The notes under the pieces are model-generated. The model had not been told where the DNA came from. It saw nothing but the letters and a program-made list of their open reading frames with translations, and made no database searches. A stretch of 64,000 nucleotides of DNA from a virus: the IMG/VR virus record IMGVR_UViG_3300044800_000286, one strand, 5' to 3'. This document shows positions 1 through 9,075 of the stretch, piece after piece; positions within the stretch are counted from its first letter, which is position 1; each line of letters opens with the position of its first letter. A program made the translations under genes and the position numbers.

Positions 1-76
1 GTAGAAAGCGGTCATATACAACGGCTGGGACGGCTTCAAGGCCCAAAGAATATTGAAAATGGACGCGTTCAAGGCC
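1..76 (+). pseudogene. 5' part (runs off the window) of a VESG-repeat protein gene split by the IS605 insertion
   Basis: Frame 1 reads VESGHIQRLGRLQGPKNIENGRVQG. Joining base 76 to base 3103 restores ...GRVQG-R-KNVESGQ... in frame. Confidence 0.8.
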
Positions 77-125
77 TTGACATCCTCCCCTCCCTAAAGG
101 GAGGGGATTCCTACTGGCTCACCTG

Positions 126-722
126 CTAGGCAGGGATGCCTTCGGTGGGTTCCTGACACGACGGGCTTACTTCACCCGAAGGTTGCGAACAGGCTAACGA
201 GGCTAATCCAGCCTCTTTGATGTTCCATGCGCCAACCCAATCCGCATTGGCTGAGAAACCGCACGATACGCAAACGAACTTCGCTTGCGATTTGCGGTCT
301 AGAGTCTTACCCCCGGGGCGCACGCCCATGTCAGCTAGGAAATTTTCAAAGCTGTTTAACCAGTGCTCGCAGATACTAATTCCTCGTCCGCCGTAATCAG
401 CAAACCGTGTGCTGCGGGGGTTTGTACAGCGTTGAATCATATTCGACCACGCGTTGTACATCTGACTGTGATTCCTCTGAAGGGCGTGGCCGTGTTTTTG
501 TGGGGTATGAGAGTTGCACCCGTTTAGGGGGGCAATTTCCCTGCGCAAACAGCCACAGCTTTGTGTGTGGCCACAACTTAGAGTAGCACCAGCGAGAAAC
601 ACCAAACCCCCGCAACTGCAAAGACAGAGCCACCAGACCTGGCTGGACTTTCCACTCCTTCGTCGTCCAATAGGCCACTGGGCTGTCAAACGCCCAAAGC
701 GTTTACCCGTCAAATCCCTCAC
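126..722 (-). CDS. Chimeric ORF: HNH endonuclease N-terminal part fused to a TnpB C-terminal Zn-ribbon/RuvC-III fragment
   Basis: DLTGKRFGRLT...WLCLCSCG...YGGRGISICEHW...RPGGKTLDR, then abruptly KSQAKFVCVSCGFSANADWVGAWNI. Confidence 0.75.
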   Translation of the reverse strand: MRDLTGKRFGRLTAQWPIGRRRSGKSSQVWWLCLCSCGGLVFLAGATLSCGHTQSCGCLRREIAPLNGCNSHTPQKHGHALQRNHSQMYNAWSNMIQRCTNPRSTRFADYGGRGISICEHWLNSFENFLADMGVRPGGKTLDRKSQAKFVCVSCGFSANADWVGAWNIKEAGLASLACSQPSGEVSPSCQEPTEGIPA

Positions 723-958
723 AGCTTCCTCCCATACTTCCTGTAAAATTCCTTCGCCGTGAGGAACACCCGATCCCACTGCTCCTGGCTGACATCGGGC
801 ATCCGGAACGTGACGCTGGCGGCTCCGCGAGCCAGGCGGTCGCCGTGATCCGGCCCCGGCTCGAAGGTCGTGCGGGCGCGGTCGGTCTTCTTCAGGCGCT
901 CGGCTTTCTCCAGGACGCTTACGGCTTTCTCCTTGAAGCTCCTAGTTCGCCTGGACAT
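719..958 (-). CDS. Hypothetical protein (IS cargo)
   Basis: ORF whose stop overlaps the next start (GTGA). Confidence 0.55.
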   Translation of the reverse strand: MSRRTRSFKEKAVSVLEKAERLKKTDRARTTFEPGPDHGDRLARGAASVTFRMPDVSQEQWDRVFLTAKEFYRKYGRKL

Positions 959-1118
959 CGGTGCCCTTCGTTGTCGGATTTGTGCCCTCGACATACTCTT
1001 TTAGCCGATCAGCGAAAAAGGAATCCAGCAACTTGTGTACCCGCACCAGGCGGGCCGTGCGCGACCGGATGCCGAGGACTTCCAGGATCGTGGATGCATA
1101 GGCTTCGGTTACGGTCAT
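942..1118 (-). CDS. Hypothetical protein (IS cargo)
   Basis: MTVTEAYAST..., with a GGAG RBS and an ATGA overlap with an upstream truncated ORF. Confidence 0.5.
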   Translation of the reverse strand: MTVTEAYASTILEVLGIRSRTARLVRVHKLLDSFFADRLKEYVEGTNPTTKGTDVQAN

Positions 1119-1313
1119 GGTCTTCGCTCCATTTCCCACAAGACTTTTTCGTCCACGAGCTTGTAGCAATGCGCGAGGACTTCCTCGGGGCCGGTGCCTT
1201 GGAGCTTGGCGTGGATCACGCTGCCCCACAGCAATTCCCTGCGCGCCGGGCCGTTCCAAATATCGCCATCTTGACATCCTCCCCTTCCTGAAGGAAGGGG
1301 ATTCCTACTGTGC

Positions 1314-2618
1314 TTAGGTGCACGATTGCACCTGAGTCACTTCAGTGGGTTCCTGCTTCACGGAGCTTGTCTCATACGCACCGAAGCGCGTCCAAGATGG
1401 AAACTCTCCACAGGCTACGAAGGCACGTCCTGCCTCTAATTTATTCAGTGCTGCAACCCAGTCTGCGTTTGCTTCAAACTGGCATTCTGGGTTGATGCAC
1501 CGAAACAGTTCTTGGGTTTTCCTGTTCTCTTTCGCTGTGCGACCACACGACGGACAATGCTGGCTTCCATATGCGGGCGGGCAAGCAATGTAGACGCCAC
1601 CACGCCATTCCGATTTGTATTTCAGTTGGCGGTTGACCTCTCCAATTCCTTGCCGTTGCAACGAGCGATTGAGCCCAGATTTCTGACGAACATTCTTACC
1701 AGGTTCTTCCTTCGTACCTTTGGCTGATTTGGTCATCTTCTTAATTTCCAAATCATCCCCGTACACTATCCCGTGATTTTTGGTGATGGTGTTCGTGAAT
1801 TGATGACGATGGTTGTTCCTGATATTTGAAACCTGACAGTCTATTTTCCTGATTCGCAATTGCAACTTCTTCCAGTTGGAACTGAACTTGACTTTGTTCT
1901 TTAGTTTCTTCTGGAGAAATTTCTTACGCTCTTCCAAACGCGAGGTATTGGGAAGCTCGCTGACGCCGCCATCTGACATTGTTGCGAACTTTGCGACTCC
2001 CATGTCGATGCCAATATCAGAGGATGATGGGTGATTCGGGATTTCTACCTCGCGTTCTGTTTGGATAGATACAAAGAATTTGCCGCACGATTCTGACACC
2101 GTGACATTCTTTATCTCGCCAAGCACCTCTTGGCTATTGCGATAGCGCATCCAGTCAAGCTTAGGCATCTGAATGCGGTTGTTTGCCTGGTCTAGTGTGA
2201 CGCCTTGAGGGTATCGAAACGAATCGTGCTGTCCCTTCTTCTTGAAGGTTGGGGGATACGCAAGCGGTACGCCGCGCTTCCTGAGGATTTTCCGAAGCTT
2301 CTTATCCTTCGGGGCGATACGAAAACCCTTCTTGATATCCGCGAAGAATCGCGCATACGCAAAATCTAAATCCACCAGAGCTTGTTGAAGCGTCTGGGAA
2401 GGAGCTTTTGACAACCACGGAAGCTCTTTCTTCCACTCTGTGATGAGTTTATCCAACTGAAAGCGCGTATGCTTCTTGCCGATTAGTTGGTACATCTCCT
2501 CGTTGAGCGCAAGCGCTTTGTTGTAGATTACACGCTTGCAGCCGAGGAATCTCCGCATATCACGGATTTGTTCTCCGTTCGGTTGAAGCTCGAATTCGAA
2601 CGCTTGCTTTCTAATCAT
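1314..2618 (-). CDS. tnpB: RNA-guided endonuclease TnpB (IS605 OrfB)
   Basis: N-terminal AFEFELQPN, RuvC-I GIDMGVAKFA, RuvC-II region YGDDL, Zn ribbon CPSCG...CINPEC, RuvC-III NADWVAALN. Confidence 0.95.
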   Translation of the reverse strand: MIRKQAFEFELQPNGEQIRDMRRFLGCKRVIYNKALALNEEMYQLIGKKHTRFQLDKLITEWKKELPWLSKAPSQTLQQALVDLDFAYARFFADIKKGFRIAPKDKKLRKILRKRGVPLAYPPTFKKKGQHDSFRYPQGVTLDQANNRIQMPKLDWMRYRNSQEVLGEIKNVTVSESCGKFFVSIQTEREVEIPNHPSSSDIGIDMGVAKFATMSDGGVSELPNTSRLEERKKFLQKKLKNKVKFSSNWKKLQLRIRKIDCQVSNIRNNHRHQFTNTITKNHGIVYGDDLEIKKMTKSAKGTKEEPGKNVRQKSGLNRSLQRQGIGEVNRQLKYKSEWRGGVYIACPPAYGSQHCPSCGRTAKENRKTQELFRCINPECQFEANADWVAALNKLEAGRAFVACGEFPSWTRFGAYETSSVKQEPTEVTQVQSCT

Positions 2619-2640
2619 GGTTGCAGTATACTCTTGATCT

Positions 2641-3054
2641 ATGAGCTTGTCAAGCGAAATCCGACACGGTAGACATTGCGTTTTCTTACTTCACGTTCAC
2701 TTGGTCTTCGTGACCAAGTACAGAAGAAAGGTATTTGACGCTGACGCCATTCAACGACTCAGGGTTATGTTCGAAAAGGTCTGTCTCGATTTCGAGGCCC
2801 AACTGGTCGAGGTGAACGGCGAAGCCGAACACGTCCACTTGCTTATCAACTATCCCCCGAAACACTCGGTGTCCACGTTGGTGAACAGCCTTAAAGGTGT
2901 TTCCAGTCGATTGCTCAGGCTGGAACGACCTGATATTGAGAAACGCTATTGGAAGAACGTTCTTTGGTCGCCCTCGTACTTTGCCGCCAGTTGTGGTGGG
3001 GCACCGCTTGAAGTTCTTAAACAATACGTTGAGCAACAAAAGACACCTCTTTAA
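2641..3054 (+). CDS. tnpA: IS200/IS605 Y1 (HUH) transposase TnpA
   Basis: HLVFVTKYRR, HUH motif EHVHLL, LKGVSS, LWSPSYF, catalytic Tyr in YVEQQ. Confidence 0.96.
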   Translation: MSLSSEIRHGRHCVFLLHVHLVFVTKYRRKVFDADAIQRLRVMFEKVCLDFEAQLVEVNGEAEHVHLLINYPPKHSVSTLVNSLKGVSSRLLRLERPDIEKRYWKNVLWSPSYFAASCGGAPLEVLKQYVEQQKTPL

Positions 3055-3102
3055 GAGCCTTATATCCCCGCCCTGAAGTGCGGGGCTTTACGGCTCTGGC
3101 GG

Positions 3103-3299
3103 GTAAAAATGTTGAGAGCGGACAATTAGCCAACCTGCGGACGCATGAACATCAAGTAGCAGCAGGTCGTGCCGCAGGCAAGAAGGCGGTTGATACGGGA
3201 CAATTAGCCGCAATATGCCACACCCGCTGGCACATCAATCGACAGGTTGTAATTCCCAATTGTGCTTTGTGCCAAGGCGGAGGAGCCGATGCCGTCTAG
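3103..3299 (+). pseudogene. 3' part of the split VESG-repeat protein with a C-terminal HxRWH...CxxC motif
   Basis: KNVESGQLA...VDTGQLAAICHTRWHINRQVVIPNCALC. An intact paralogue lies at 32723-33277. Confidence 0.8.
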
Positions 3300-3546
3300 C
3301 TCAGGATTTCAAAACAATTCCACGATTTCCAATGCCTTTTGGAGATGGATTCCGTCTGCGGACGATCCCACGGGGCGCATCATTTACATCGCCCTCAATG
3401 GTCTTCAGTTTATTGAAGCCACCCAAGACTCTCAAAAGGCTTGGCTGTATTACGCTGCCAATAATGTAGCCTCGTCCCAAGAGCCCTACATTCTCCAAGG
3501 TCTGGTTGCTCAAGCTTTTTTGGGTGACCTCGGTGGGTTGTTCTAA
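3289..3546 (+). CDS. Putative virion protein
   Basis: GGAGGAG RBS, TAATG coupling to the next gene, structural-gene neighbourhood. Confidence 0.6.
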   Translation: MPSSSGFQNNSTISNAFWRWIPSADDPTGRIIYIALNGLQFIEATQDSQKAWLYYAANNVASSQEPYILQGLVAQAFLGDLGGLF

Positions 3547-4013
3547 TGCCCGAGCAGACGCCTATCCTCGACGCCTTGGAAACCTCGGCAATCATCAACC
3601 GGAAGGACAAGCCCGGCCAAGTGCCGTGGACCGAATGGCGGGTGCCCGTGGTCACGGCCTCCGGCGGCCCGCCGTCCGAAGGCAGCATCCCCATGCTGGA
3701 CGCCAGCGGGCAGATCGACTCCTCGATGATTCCAGGCGGGGGCGGGAGCTCCGCCGTGAGCGTCAACGGGGTGCTCGTCACGAACCCGAACTTCAACGAC
3801 GCGACGCCCGCCGCGCCGACCGCGTGGCGCAACGTCCTGTGGCAAAAGGACGGCACGGGGGATGTCAGCGCCTATCTGGACATCGCGGGCACGCTTCTTC
3901 CCGCCTTGGAGATCAACGGCATGGGCGTTTCGGCGGACAAGCAATTCTATTTCAACGGTGTCGCGGACGTTGTTTCCGTCTGGGGCGTCCAGATAAACGG
4001 AGCGGCAGGATAA
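3546..4013 (+). CDS. Putative virion/tail protein
   Basis: G/S/T/V-rich. Contains NFNDATPAAPTAWRNVLWQKDG, also found at the N-terminus of the 4590 protein. Confidence 0.7.
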   Translation: MPEQTPILDALETSAIINRKDKPGQVPWTEWRVPVVTASGGPPSEGSIPMLDASGQIDSSMIPGGGGSSAVSVNGVLVTNPNFNDATPAAPTAWRNVLWQKDGTGDVSAYLDIAGTLLPALEINGMGVSADKQFYFNGVADVVSVWGVQINGAAG

Positions 4014-4606
4014 TGGACTTTTACACATACCTTTATCTTCGAGAAGACGGAACTCCTTATTACGCAGGAAAAGGAACTTGGCTTGCGAATCTCTCGAAAA
4101 ACGACCACCATCAACGTGTTTATACCAAACGTGGTCATGAAATTCATCCACCCAAAGATCGTAGTCGTATTTTAATTCTTGAGCGCTCTAATGAGACAGA
4201 AGCATTTGCTACAGAAAAAGAATTAATTGCCAACTGGGGGCGAAAAGATTTAGGTACGGGCTGTCTCTATAACAGAACAGAAGGTGGCGATGGTACTTTT
4301 GGGCTTAAATGGAGTCCAGAATCTATAAAGCGCATGTCCGAAAGCCGTAAGGGTGAGAAGTGTTATTGGCTGTTCGGGAAACGAGGACCAGGAACTCCAA
4401 GATGGGATAAGAAAAGACCTCATACCGAAGCTACCAAACACAAGATGTCCGAGACTCATAAAGGGGAGAAGTTGAGTGAGAAACATCGTTTGGCCGTTGG
4501 TAAAGGCCAAAGAACGGAAGAAGCCAGAGCAAATATGTCAGAAATTATAACGCAGTGGTGGGCCACCAGAAAAGCCCAGGAGAACTCCAATTCCATCCAA
4601 CTTTAA
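4013..4606 (+). CDS. GIY-YIG-like homing endonuclease with NUMOD3-type tail
   Basis: FYTYLYLREDGTPYYAGKG...LYNRTEGGDG...HTEATKHKMSETHKG; lower GC than its neighbours. Confidence 0.85.
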   Translation: MDFYTYLYLREDGTPYYAGKGTWLANLSKNDHHQRVYTKRGHEIHPPKDRSRILILERSNETEAFATEKELIANWGRKDLGTGCLYNRTEGGDGTFGLKWSPESIKRMSESRKGEKCYWLFGKRGPGTPRWDKKRPHTEATKHKMSETHKGEKLSEKHRLAVGKGQRTEEARANMSEIITQWWATRKAQENSNSIQL

Positions 4607-7355
4607 TAATTCTTCTCCAGCAGCACCCACCGGAAGTCTCAATGTATCTTGGCAGACCGACGGCAGCGGAAACGATTCCGCCTATGTCCCGCCATTCGCA
4701 GCATCGGGCGCATCGCACTCGCCAGGCCTTGTTCCCGACCCCGGCGCGGTCGGCGGCACGACCCATTTCCTGCGCGAGGACAGCACTTGGCAGGTTGTTG
4801 CCGCAGGCAGTGCCTCATTCGATACTATCACAACGGGTGTCAACACATCCGCCGACATGACCGTGAGCGGCACCGCCCAACTTGTGTACTCGGGCACGGG
4901 CGTGGTCAACGCCAACGAGGTCGGGGGCATCAACGCCGCCGGGAACGCGCCCGTGCACGCGGGCCAGCTTCTAATCTCCCAGCCCGGCAACACTTCCGCC
5001 GTTTGGGCCGACCCGCTTGTACAGGGTGTCTATCCCGATGGATCATCCATCACCTCGCCCCCGATCAACCCCGTGTATGTCGGCGGCGTCGGGACGGACG
5101 GAAAACTCCACGGCATCTCGGTTGACGATTCCGGCGTCGTGCAGGCAACAGTCAGCGGCACCGTCAGCGCCAATTGCACGCAGACTACCTCCCCATGGGT
5201 CGTGAGCAACGGCGGAACTTTTGCGGTTCAGGCGGCTATCAGCGGCTCGATCAGCAACACCTCGTTCGCGGTTACGAACACGGGAACCTTCGCGGTGCAG
5301 GCAGCATGCACGGGCACTGTCAGCGCCAACTGCACGCAAACCACCTCGCCTTGGGTCGTCAGCAATGGCGGGACATTCGCAACGCAGGACAGCAACCTCA
5401 GCGGATGCATTGGGTCCAGCAAGGTCAACGTAAACATCAGCAGCGGCAATCCCACGACCATCGCCTGCACCAACACGGGAACCTTCGCGGTTCAGGCGGC
5501 TATCAGCGGCTCGATCAGCAACACCTCGTTCATCGCCACACAGGGGATCGGATCAAACCTCCACACGGTCGTGGACAGCGGCACAGTCGATGTCGGGTCG
5601 GTCGGCGGCACGGTCACGGTTGCGCAAATCACTTCTCCTCCGACTCCGTGGGCTGTGAGCGGAACCCTGGCGACCAACTTGAATCCGCCGAGCACGAACA
5701 ATCTGGGCGTGCTTCCGGCGTTGGCGAGCCAAGTCGCCCCGATTTACGTCGAAGGCTCGCAGATTCTCCTTTCCACAGACTTGACCGGCGCTGTCCGCAC
5801 AGTATTGCCGCAAACGACGAGCGTCATGGGCGACTTGGTTTCCGTCGATAGGCGGAACCAGTATGACATAAATTTCTCCGGAGCGGATGCCACGAACGCC
5901 GCGCTGTTGACCAATTCGTCCACGGGAGGCGGAGCGGTCGCCCAAGCGAACGGACTGGGAATCTACAGCGCGGGAGCCACGCCGTCCACGGCGGGGGACG
6001 CAAAGGGAGTTTCGGTCCAGCTACTCGAATACCGCCCGGGCTTCGACGCTTACGCATATTTCACCGCCGCTTTCGTAGCGCCTACGGACAGCAATGCAGC
6101 GCACAACTTCGTCCGAATCGGGCTGTACGGAGCCACGGACGGCTTTTATGTGGGCTTCGAGGGAAACGTTTTCAGCGCCAGCGTCAGGCAGAACAGCGCC
6201 GATTCCCATGTGGGTCAAGGCAGCTTCAACAGGGACAAGCTGACAGGTTCGACGGGTTCCCGCTTCACCCGCAACGGCGTCGTGGAAGCGGTCAACTTCG
6301 CCTACCTGAACCTTTACCGGGTCCGTTTCAGTTGGTTCGGCGCAGCGCCCATCGTGTACGAAATTTTGACCCCCGACGATGTGTGGATTCCGTTTCAGGA
6401 AATCCTGCAGCCGAACACATCGTCCACGCCATCCATTTACACCACGCTCATCCCCTTCACCGGCGAGGCCTTCAAGAGCGTCGCCAGCGCTTCCGCCAAT
6501 GTGCAGTTCAGCAGCGGATGCTGGGCCGTAGGAACTACAAGCTCGGATGTCAGGCTGAACGACGCCGTGATCGACAGCAACACCGCCGAGCTTGTCCGGG
6601 CCGTCATCACCGGCAAGGGACCGAGCGGCTATGCCAACGTGGCAATCGACGGGGCGGACAATCTCTACGTCAGCGTCTACAACATGCCGGGAATCGCCAG
6701 CCCGGGCGCAACAGGAAACGCCGGTTCCCTCCTGGAAGCGGGCACCCTCGTCAACAGTTCCGCCCCGTCCTACTCCAACAACACGATCGAGCCCCTGAGC
6801 TTGGATACCGCGGGCAATCTCCGCACAGTACTGAACGCCGAAACCTCGAAGGTCATCGGCACGGTCCGCAATCTGGGCAATGCCGGAGCGGCCTTCGACG
6901 CCGCGACTGGCGCAACCGTTCCCGCCAACGCGATCCAAGTCGGAGGTCTCGCGAAGACCGCTTTGCCGACAGCCGCCAGCGACGGGCAGCTTGTGGCTCC
7001 CTTGGCGGACAAGTTCGGTCGTCAAGCCGTGGTCCTTCAAGGCGACCGCGCGCTAACGACCCCATTCAGCTACCAGTCTACAGCAGCCTCACCAGCCACG
7101 ATGATTGCGTCCGGCGGGACGGGCGTCTTTACGGACATAACCGAACTTATTCTCACCAATGAAAGCGCGACAGCGACCATCGTCTCGATTTCTGATGGCA
7201 CCATTGCCTATAATTTTGCCCTGGCGGCCAATGGCGGCTTGACCAAGACCTTTGCTACTCCGTTGAAGGCAACTTCAGCGGCCACAGCGTGGACCGTTTC
7301 TAACTCCTCAGCCGTCAACGTCGATTGCGTTGGCGTTGTCATCGACAACAAATAA
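4590..7355 (+). CDS. Tail fibre/virion structural protein (probable ATT start; first ATG at 4857)
   Basis: Long A/G/S/T/V-rich ORF with internal repeats. The frame is open for 89 codons upstream of 4857, with an AGGAG RBS before ATT at 4590. Confidence 0.75.
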   Translation: MPSNFNNSSPAAPTGSLNVSWQTDGSGNDSAYVPPFAASGASHSPGLVPDPGAVGGTTHFLREDSTWQVVAAGSASFDTITTGVNTSADMTVSGTAQLVYSGTGVVNANEVGGINAAGNAPVHAGQLLISQPGNTSAVWADPLVQGVYPDGSSITSPPINPVYVGGVGTDGKLHGISVDDSGVVQATVSGTVSANCTQTTSPWVVSNGGTFAVQAAISGSISNTSFAVTNTGTFAVQAACTGTVSANCTQTTSPWVVSNGGTFATQDSNLSGCIGSSKVNVNISSGNPTTIACTNTGTFAVQAAISGSISNTSFIATQGIGSNLHTVVDSGTVDVGSVGGTVTVAQITSPPTPWAVSGTLATNLNPPSTNNLGVLPALASQVAPIYVEGSQILLSTDLTGAVRTVLPQTTSVMGDLVSVDRRNQYDINFSGADATNAALLTNSSTGGGAVAQANGLGIYSAGATPSTAGDAKGVSVQLLEYRPGFDAYAYFTAAFVAPTDSNAAHNFVRIGLYGATDGFYVGFEGNVFSASVRQNSADSHVGQGSFNRDKLTGSTGSRFTRNGVVEAVNFAYLNLYRVRFSWFGAAPIVYEILTPDDVWIPFQEILQPNTSSTPSIYTTLIPFTGEAFKSVASASANVQFSSGCWAVGTTSSDVRLNDAVIDSNTAELVRAVITGKGPSGYANVAIDGADNLYVSVYNMPGIASPGATGNAGSLLEAGTLVNSSAPSYSNNTIEPLSLDTAGNLRTVLNAETSKVIGTVRNLGNAGAAFDAATGATVPANAIQVGGLAKTALPTAASDGQLVAPLADKFGRQAVVLQGDRALTTPFSYQSTAASPATMIASGGTGVFTDITELILTNESATATIVSISDGTIAYNFALAANGGLTKTFATPLKATSAATAWTVSNSSAVNVDCVGVVIDNK
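5151..5531 (+). repeat. Intragenic repeats (GTVSANCTQTTSPWVVSNGGTFA x2; TFAVQAAISGSISNTSF x2)
   Basis: Near-identical nucleotide blocks, e.g. ~5217-5267 versus ~5481-5531. Confidence 0.85.
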
Positions 7356-7407
7356 GGTGACATGATGCCAACTCTAAACATCGGCTTCGTGCTGGCGGGA
7401 GTCTAAG

Positions 7408-8694
7408 ATGGCTCTTTCTCGAACAGTCGCGGCATACGCTAGTCCAAGCGCCAACCCCACGAATCTTTCCGCCTACAACCAAGCGGCGGGAAACTGCATT
7501 GTCATAGGCACGGTAAGCTATACCGGTGGTGGGTACGCAACGGGCGTCTCGGATACCGCTAATAATATGTTTGTCCCTGTTTATGCGGGGACCGGATATG
7601 CCGGTACGGGCAACATGTGTTGCCAGATTTGGTATGCCAGGAACTGCTTGGGCAATGCCGCCAACGTGGTTCAAATTGCCTATGCTGGCGGCGCTCCATC
7701 ATACGCGGGGGCTTTTTACTACGACATTTCGGGTGCCGACCTCGCTGCTCCGATGGATGCGGTTTTCCCCGGCTCGGTGGGAGAACCGCGCATAAACGTA
7801 CTGGCGGGTTTGACCACGAACTTCGCCAACGAGCTTTTGCTCGCGTTTCTGGGTGGAAACGCGGGCGCTAGCCTTGGATACTCCGTCGGCTCGTTGACGG
7901 AGCATGCAACATTTGCCGCGAACCCCTTGACTGGAAGTTCCATTCCGTCTGGCTTCACGACCTTGACTGGAACGTGGGCATGCGATCCGACATGCGGTGC
8001 CTATGCCACGGCTTTGAATGCCAATGGTTTCGCGGCCTTGTGCGACAACACGCAAACTTGGGCCGGCGCCCCGGATCAATCTTCCGAGGGCGTCTTTACC
8101 GGCTCCGCCCTGGCCTCGTCCTATTCTCACGCTCCCGGTATCGGCGTCAGGCTTTCCGCCACATCGGGGTATTTCATTACCCGCGACGCCAGTTACGTGG
8201 TTCTTTGGAAGTACGTAGCTGGCGGTGTTCCCTATCGACCGGGGATAACGCCTTACCAGCTGTTTTCCGGAGGAGCTAAGTTTCGTTTGTCGGTTGTTGG
8301 AAACACGCTCTCTGTCTACCTAAACGATGTTTTGTTCCCTTGGAGTACTGGCGATACGTGGACGGACACGGGGACAGGGTCGGATGCTCCCATCACGTCA
8401 GGCGCTCCTGGCTTGGTGACGCAACTTGTTGGAAGCTCGACAACATACGCCATCGACAACTGGGTTGGAAGAGGCCCCGCGACCGCAACCATTCCCATCG
8501 GCCTTGACTCGCCCAGCGCGGCGGAACACGCGGTTGAAAGCGCAATTCTATCCTCGAAACTCGATGCATCGAGTTTGCTGAGCTTGCCATTCGCTAGCGC
8601 GTATGTCGCGACTTTGACTGGAATCACGATCAAGGCGTTGCCAGCGCCGACGGGAGTTCCCAACAGCCTGATGATGATGGGCTGCGGCACGTAA
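7408..8694 (+). CDS. Putative virion/tail-associated protein
   Basis: Beta-rich A/G/S/T composition; follows the fibre gene. Confidence 0.7.
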   Translation: MALSRTVAAYASPSANPTNLSAYNQAAGNCIVIGTVSYTGGGYATGVSDTANNMFVPVYAGTGYAGTGNMCCQIWYARNCLGNAANVVQIAYAGGAPSYAGAFYYDISGADLAAPMDAVFPGSVGEPRINVLAGLTTNFANELLLAFLGGNAGASLGYSVGSLTEHATFAANPLTGSSIPSGFTTLTGTWACDPTCGAYATALNANGFAALCDNTQTWAGAPDQSSEGVFTGSALASSYSHAPGIGVRLSATSGYFITRDASYVVLWKYVAGGVPYRPGITPYQLFSGGAKFRLSVVGNTLSVYLNDVLFPWSTGDTWTDTGTGSDAPITSGAPGLVTQLVGSSTTYAIDNWVGRGPATATIPIGLDSPSAAEHAVESAILSSKLDASSLLSLPFASAYVATLTGITIKALPAPTGVPNSLMMMGCGT

Positions 8695-8706
8695 GGACGC
8701 TATGAT

Positions 8707-8743
8707 CCCACGAGCGCCGCAAACCTCGGACTTCAGGCCGAGG
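8707..8743 (+). mobile_element. Orphan IS200/IS605 left end
   Basis: TGAT|CCCACGAGCGCCG-CAAA-CCTCGGACTTCAGGCCGAGG. The CAAA guide is compatible with the TGAT target, and the 17-nt spacing equals that of the intact LE. Confidence 0.65.
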
Positions 8744-8748
8744 TAGGG

Positions 8749-9075
8749 CTAGAACTTGAGCCCCAGCAGCCTGCGGTTGCGGATCACCATCCACGTCTCG
8801 CCCACGGCAACGATGCCCCAGAAGATGAAGGCGGCTGGCATGCTGTATACCGCGATCCCGCCGCCAGCGAAGGTGACGAAGGCCGCTTCTAGGAAGCAGG
8901 TCAGGGCTTGCCCGATCTTGCCGAACAGCCAGCGGTTGAGGGGGTTCCCCTCGGTCAAGCCCTTGGAAAGGCCGATTCCGGTATAGTAGCAGTCGCCGAG
9001 GACCGCAACGACCATGCAGATGTACAGGATGAAAAGGCTCAAAGATTCCCAAAAGCCGGGATTAGGTAGAATCAT
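8749..9075 (-). CDS. Small multi-pass membrane protein
   Basis: Several hydrophobic segments; D..T...G..EGNP motif. Confidence 0.7.
   Translation of the reverse strand: MILPNPGFWESLSLFILYICMVVAVLGDCYYTGIGLSKGLTEGNPLNRWLFGKIGQALTCFLEAAFVTFAGGGIAVYSMPAAFIFWGIVAVGETWMVIRNRRLLGLKF

Larger units (their letters stand above)
77..3102 (-). mobile_element. Composite IS200/IS605 element: LE, divergent tnpA/tnpB, RE1, ~1 kb cargo, tnpB 3' remnant, RE2
   Basis: Minus strand: target TTTAC|CCGCCAGAGCCGT-AAAG-hairpin (3066-3085). Right ends GAAT-hairpin-...TCAA at 1271-1274 and 77-80. This matches the IS608 AAAG/TTAC and GAAT/TCAA scheme, and precise removal restores the flanking gene. Confidence 0.85.

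Noticed and set aside
4013-4606. Group I intron around the endonuclease joining the 3546 and 4590 genes
   Set aside because: The endonuclease directly abuts both neighbours, leaving no room for a ribozyme core.
5151-5531. Diversity-generating retroelement template/variable repeats
   Set aside because: The repeats are in-frame protein repeats with mostly synonymous, not adenine-specific, differences, and there is no reverse transcriptase in the window.
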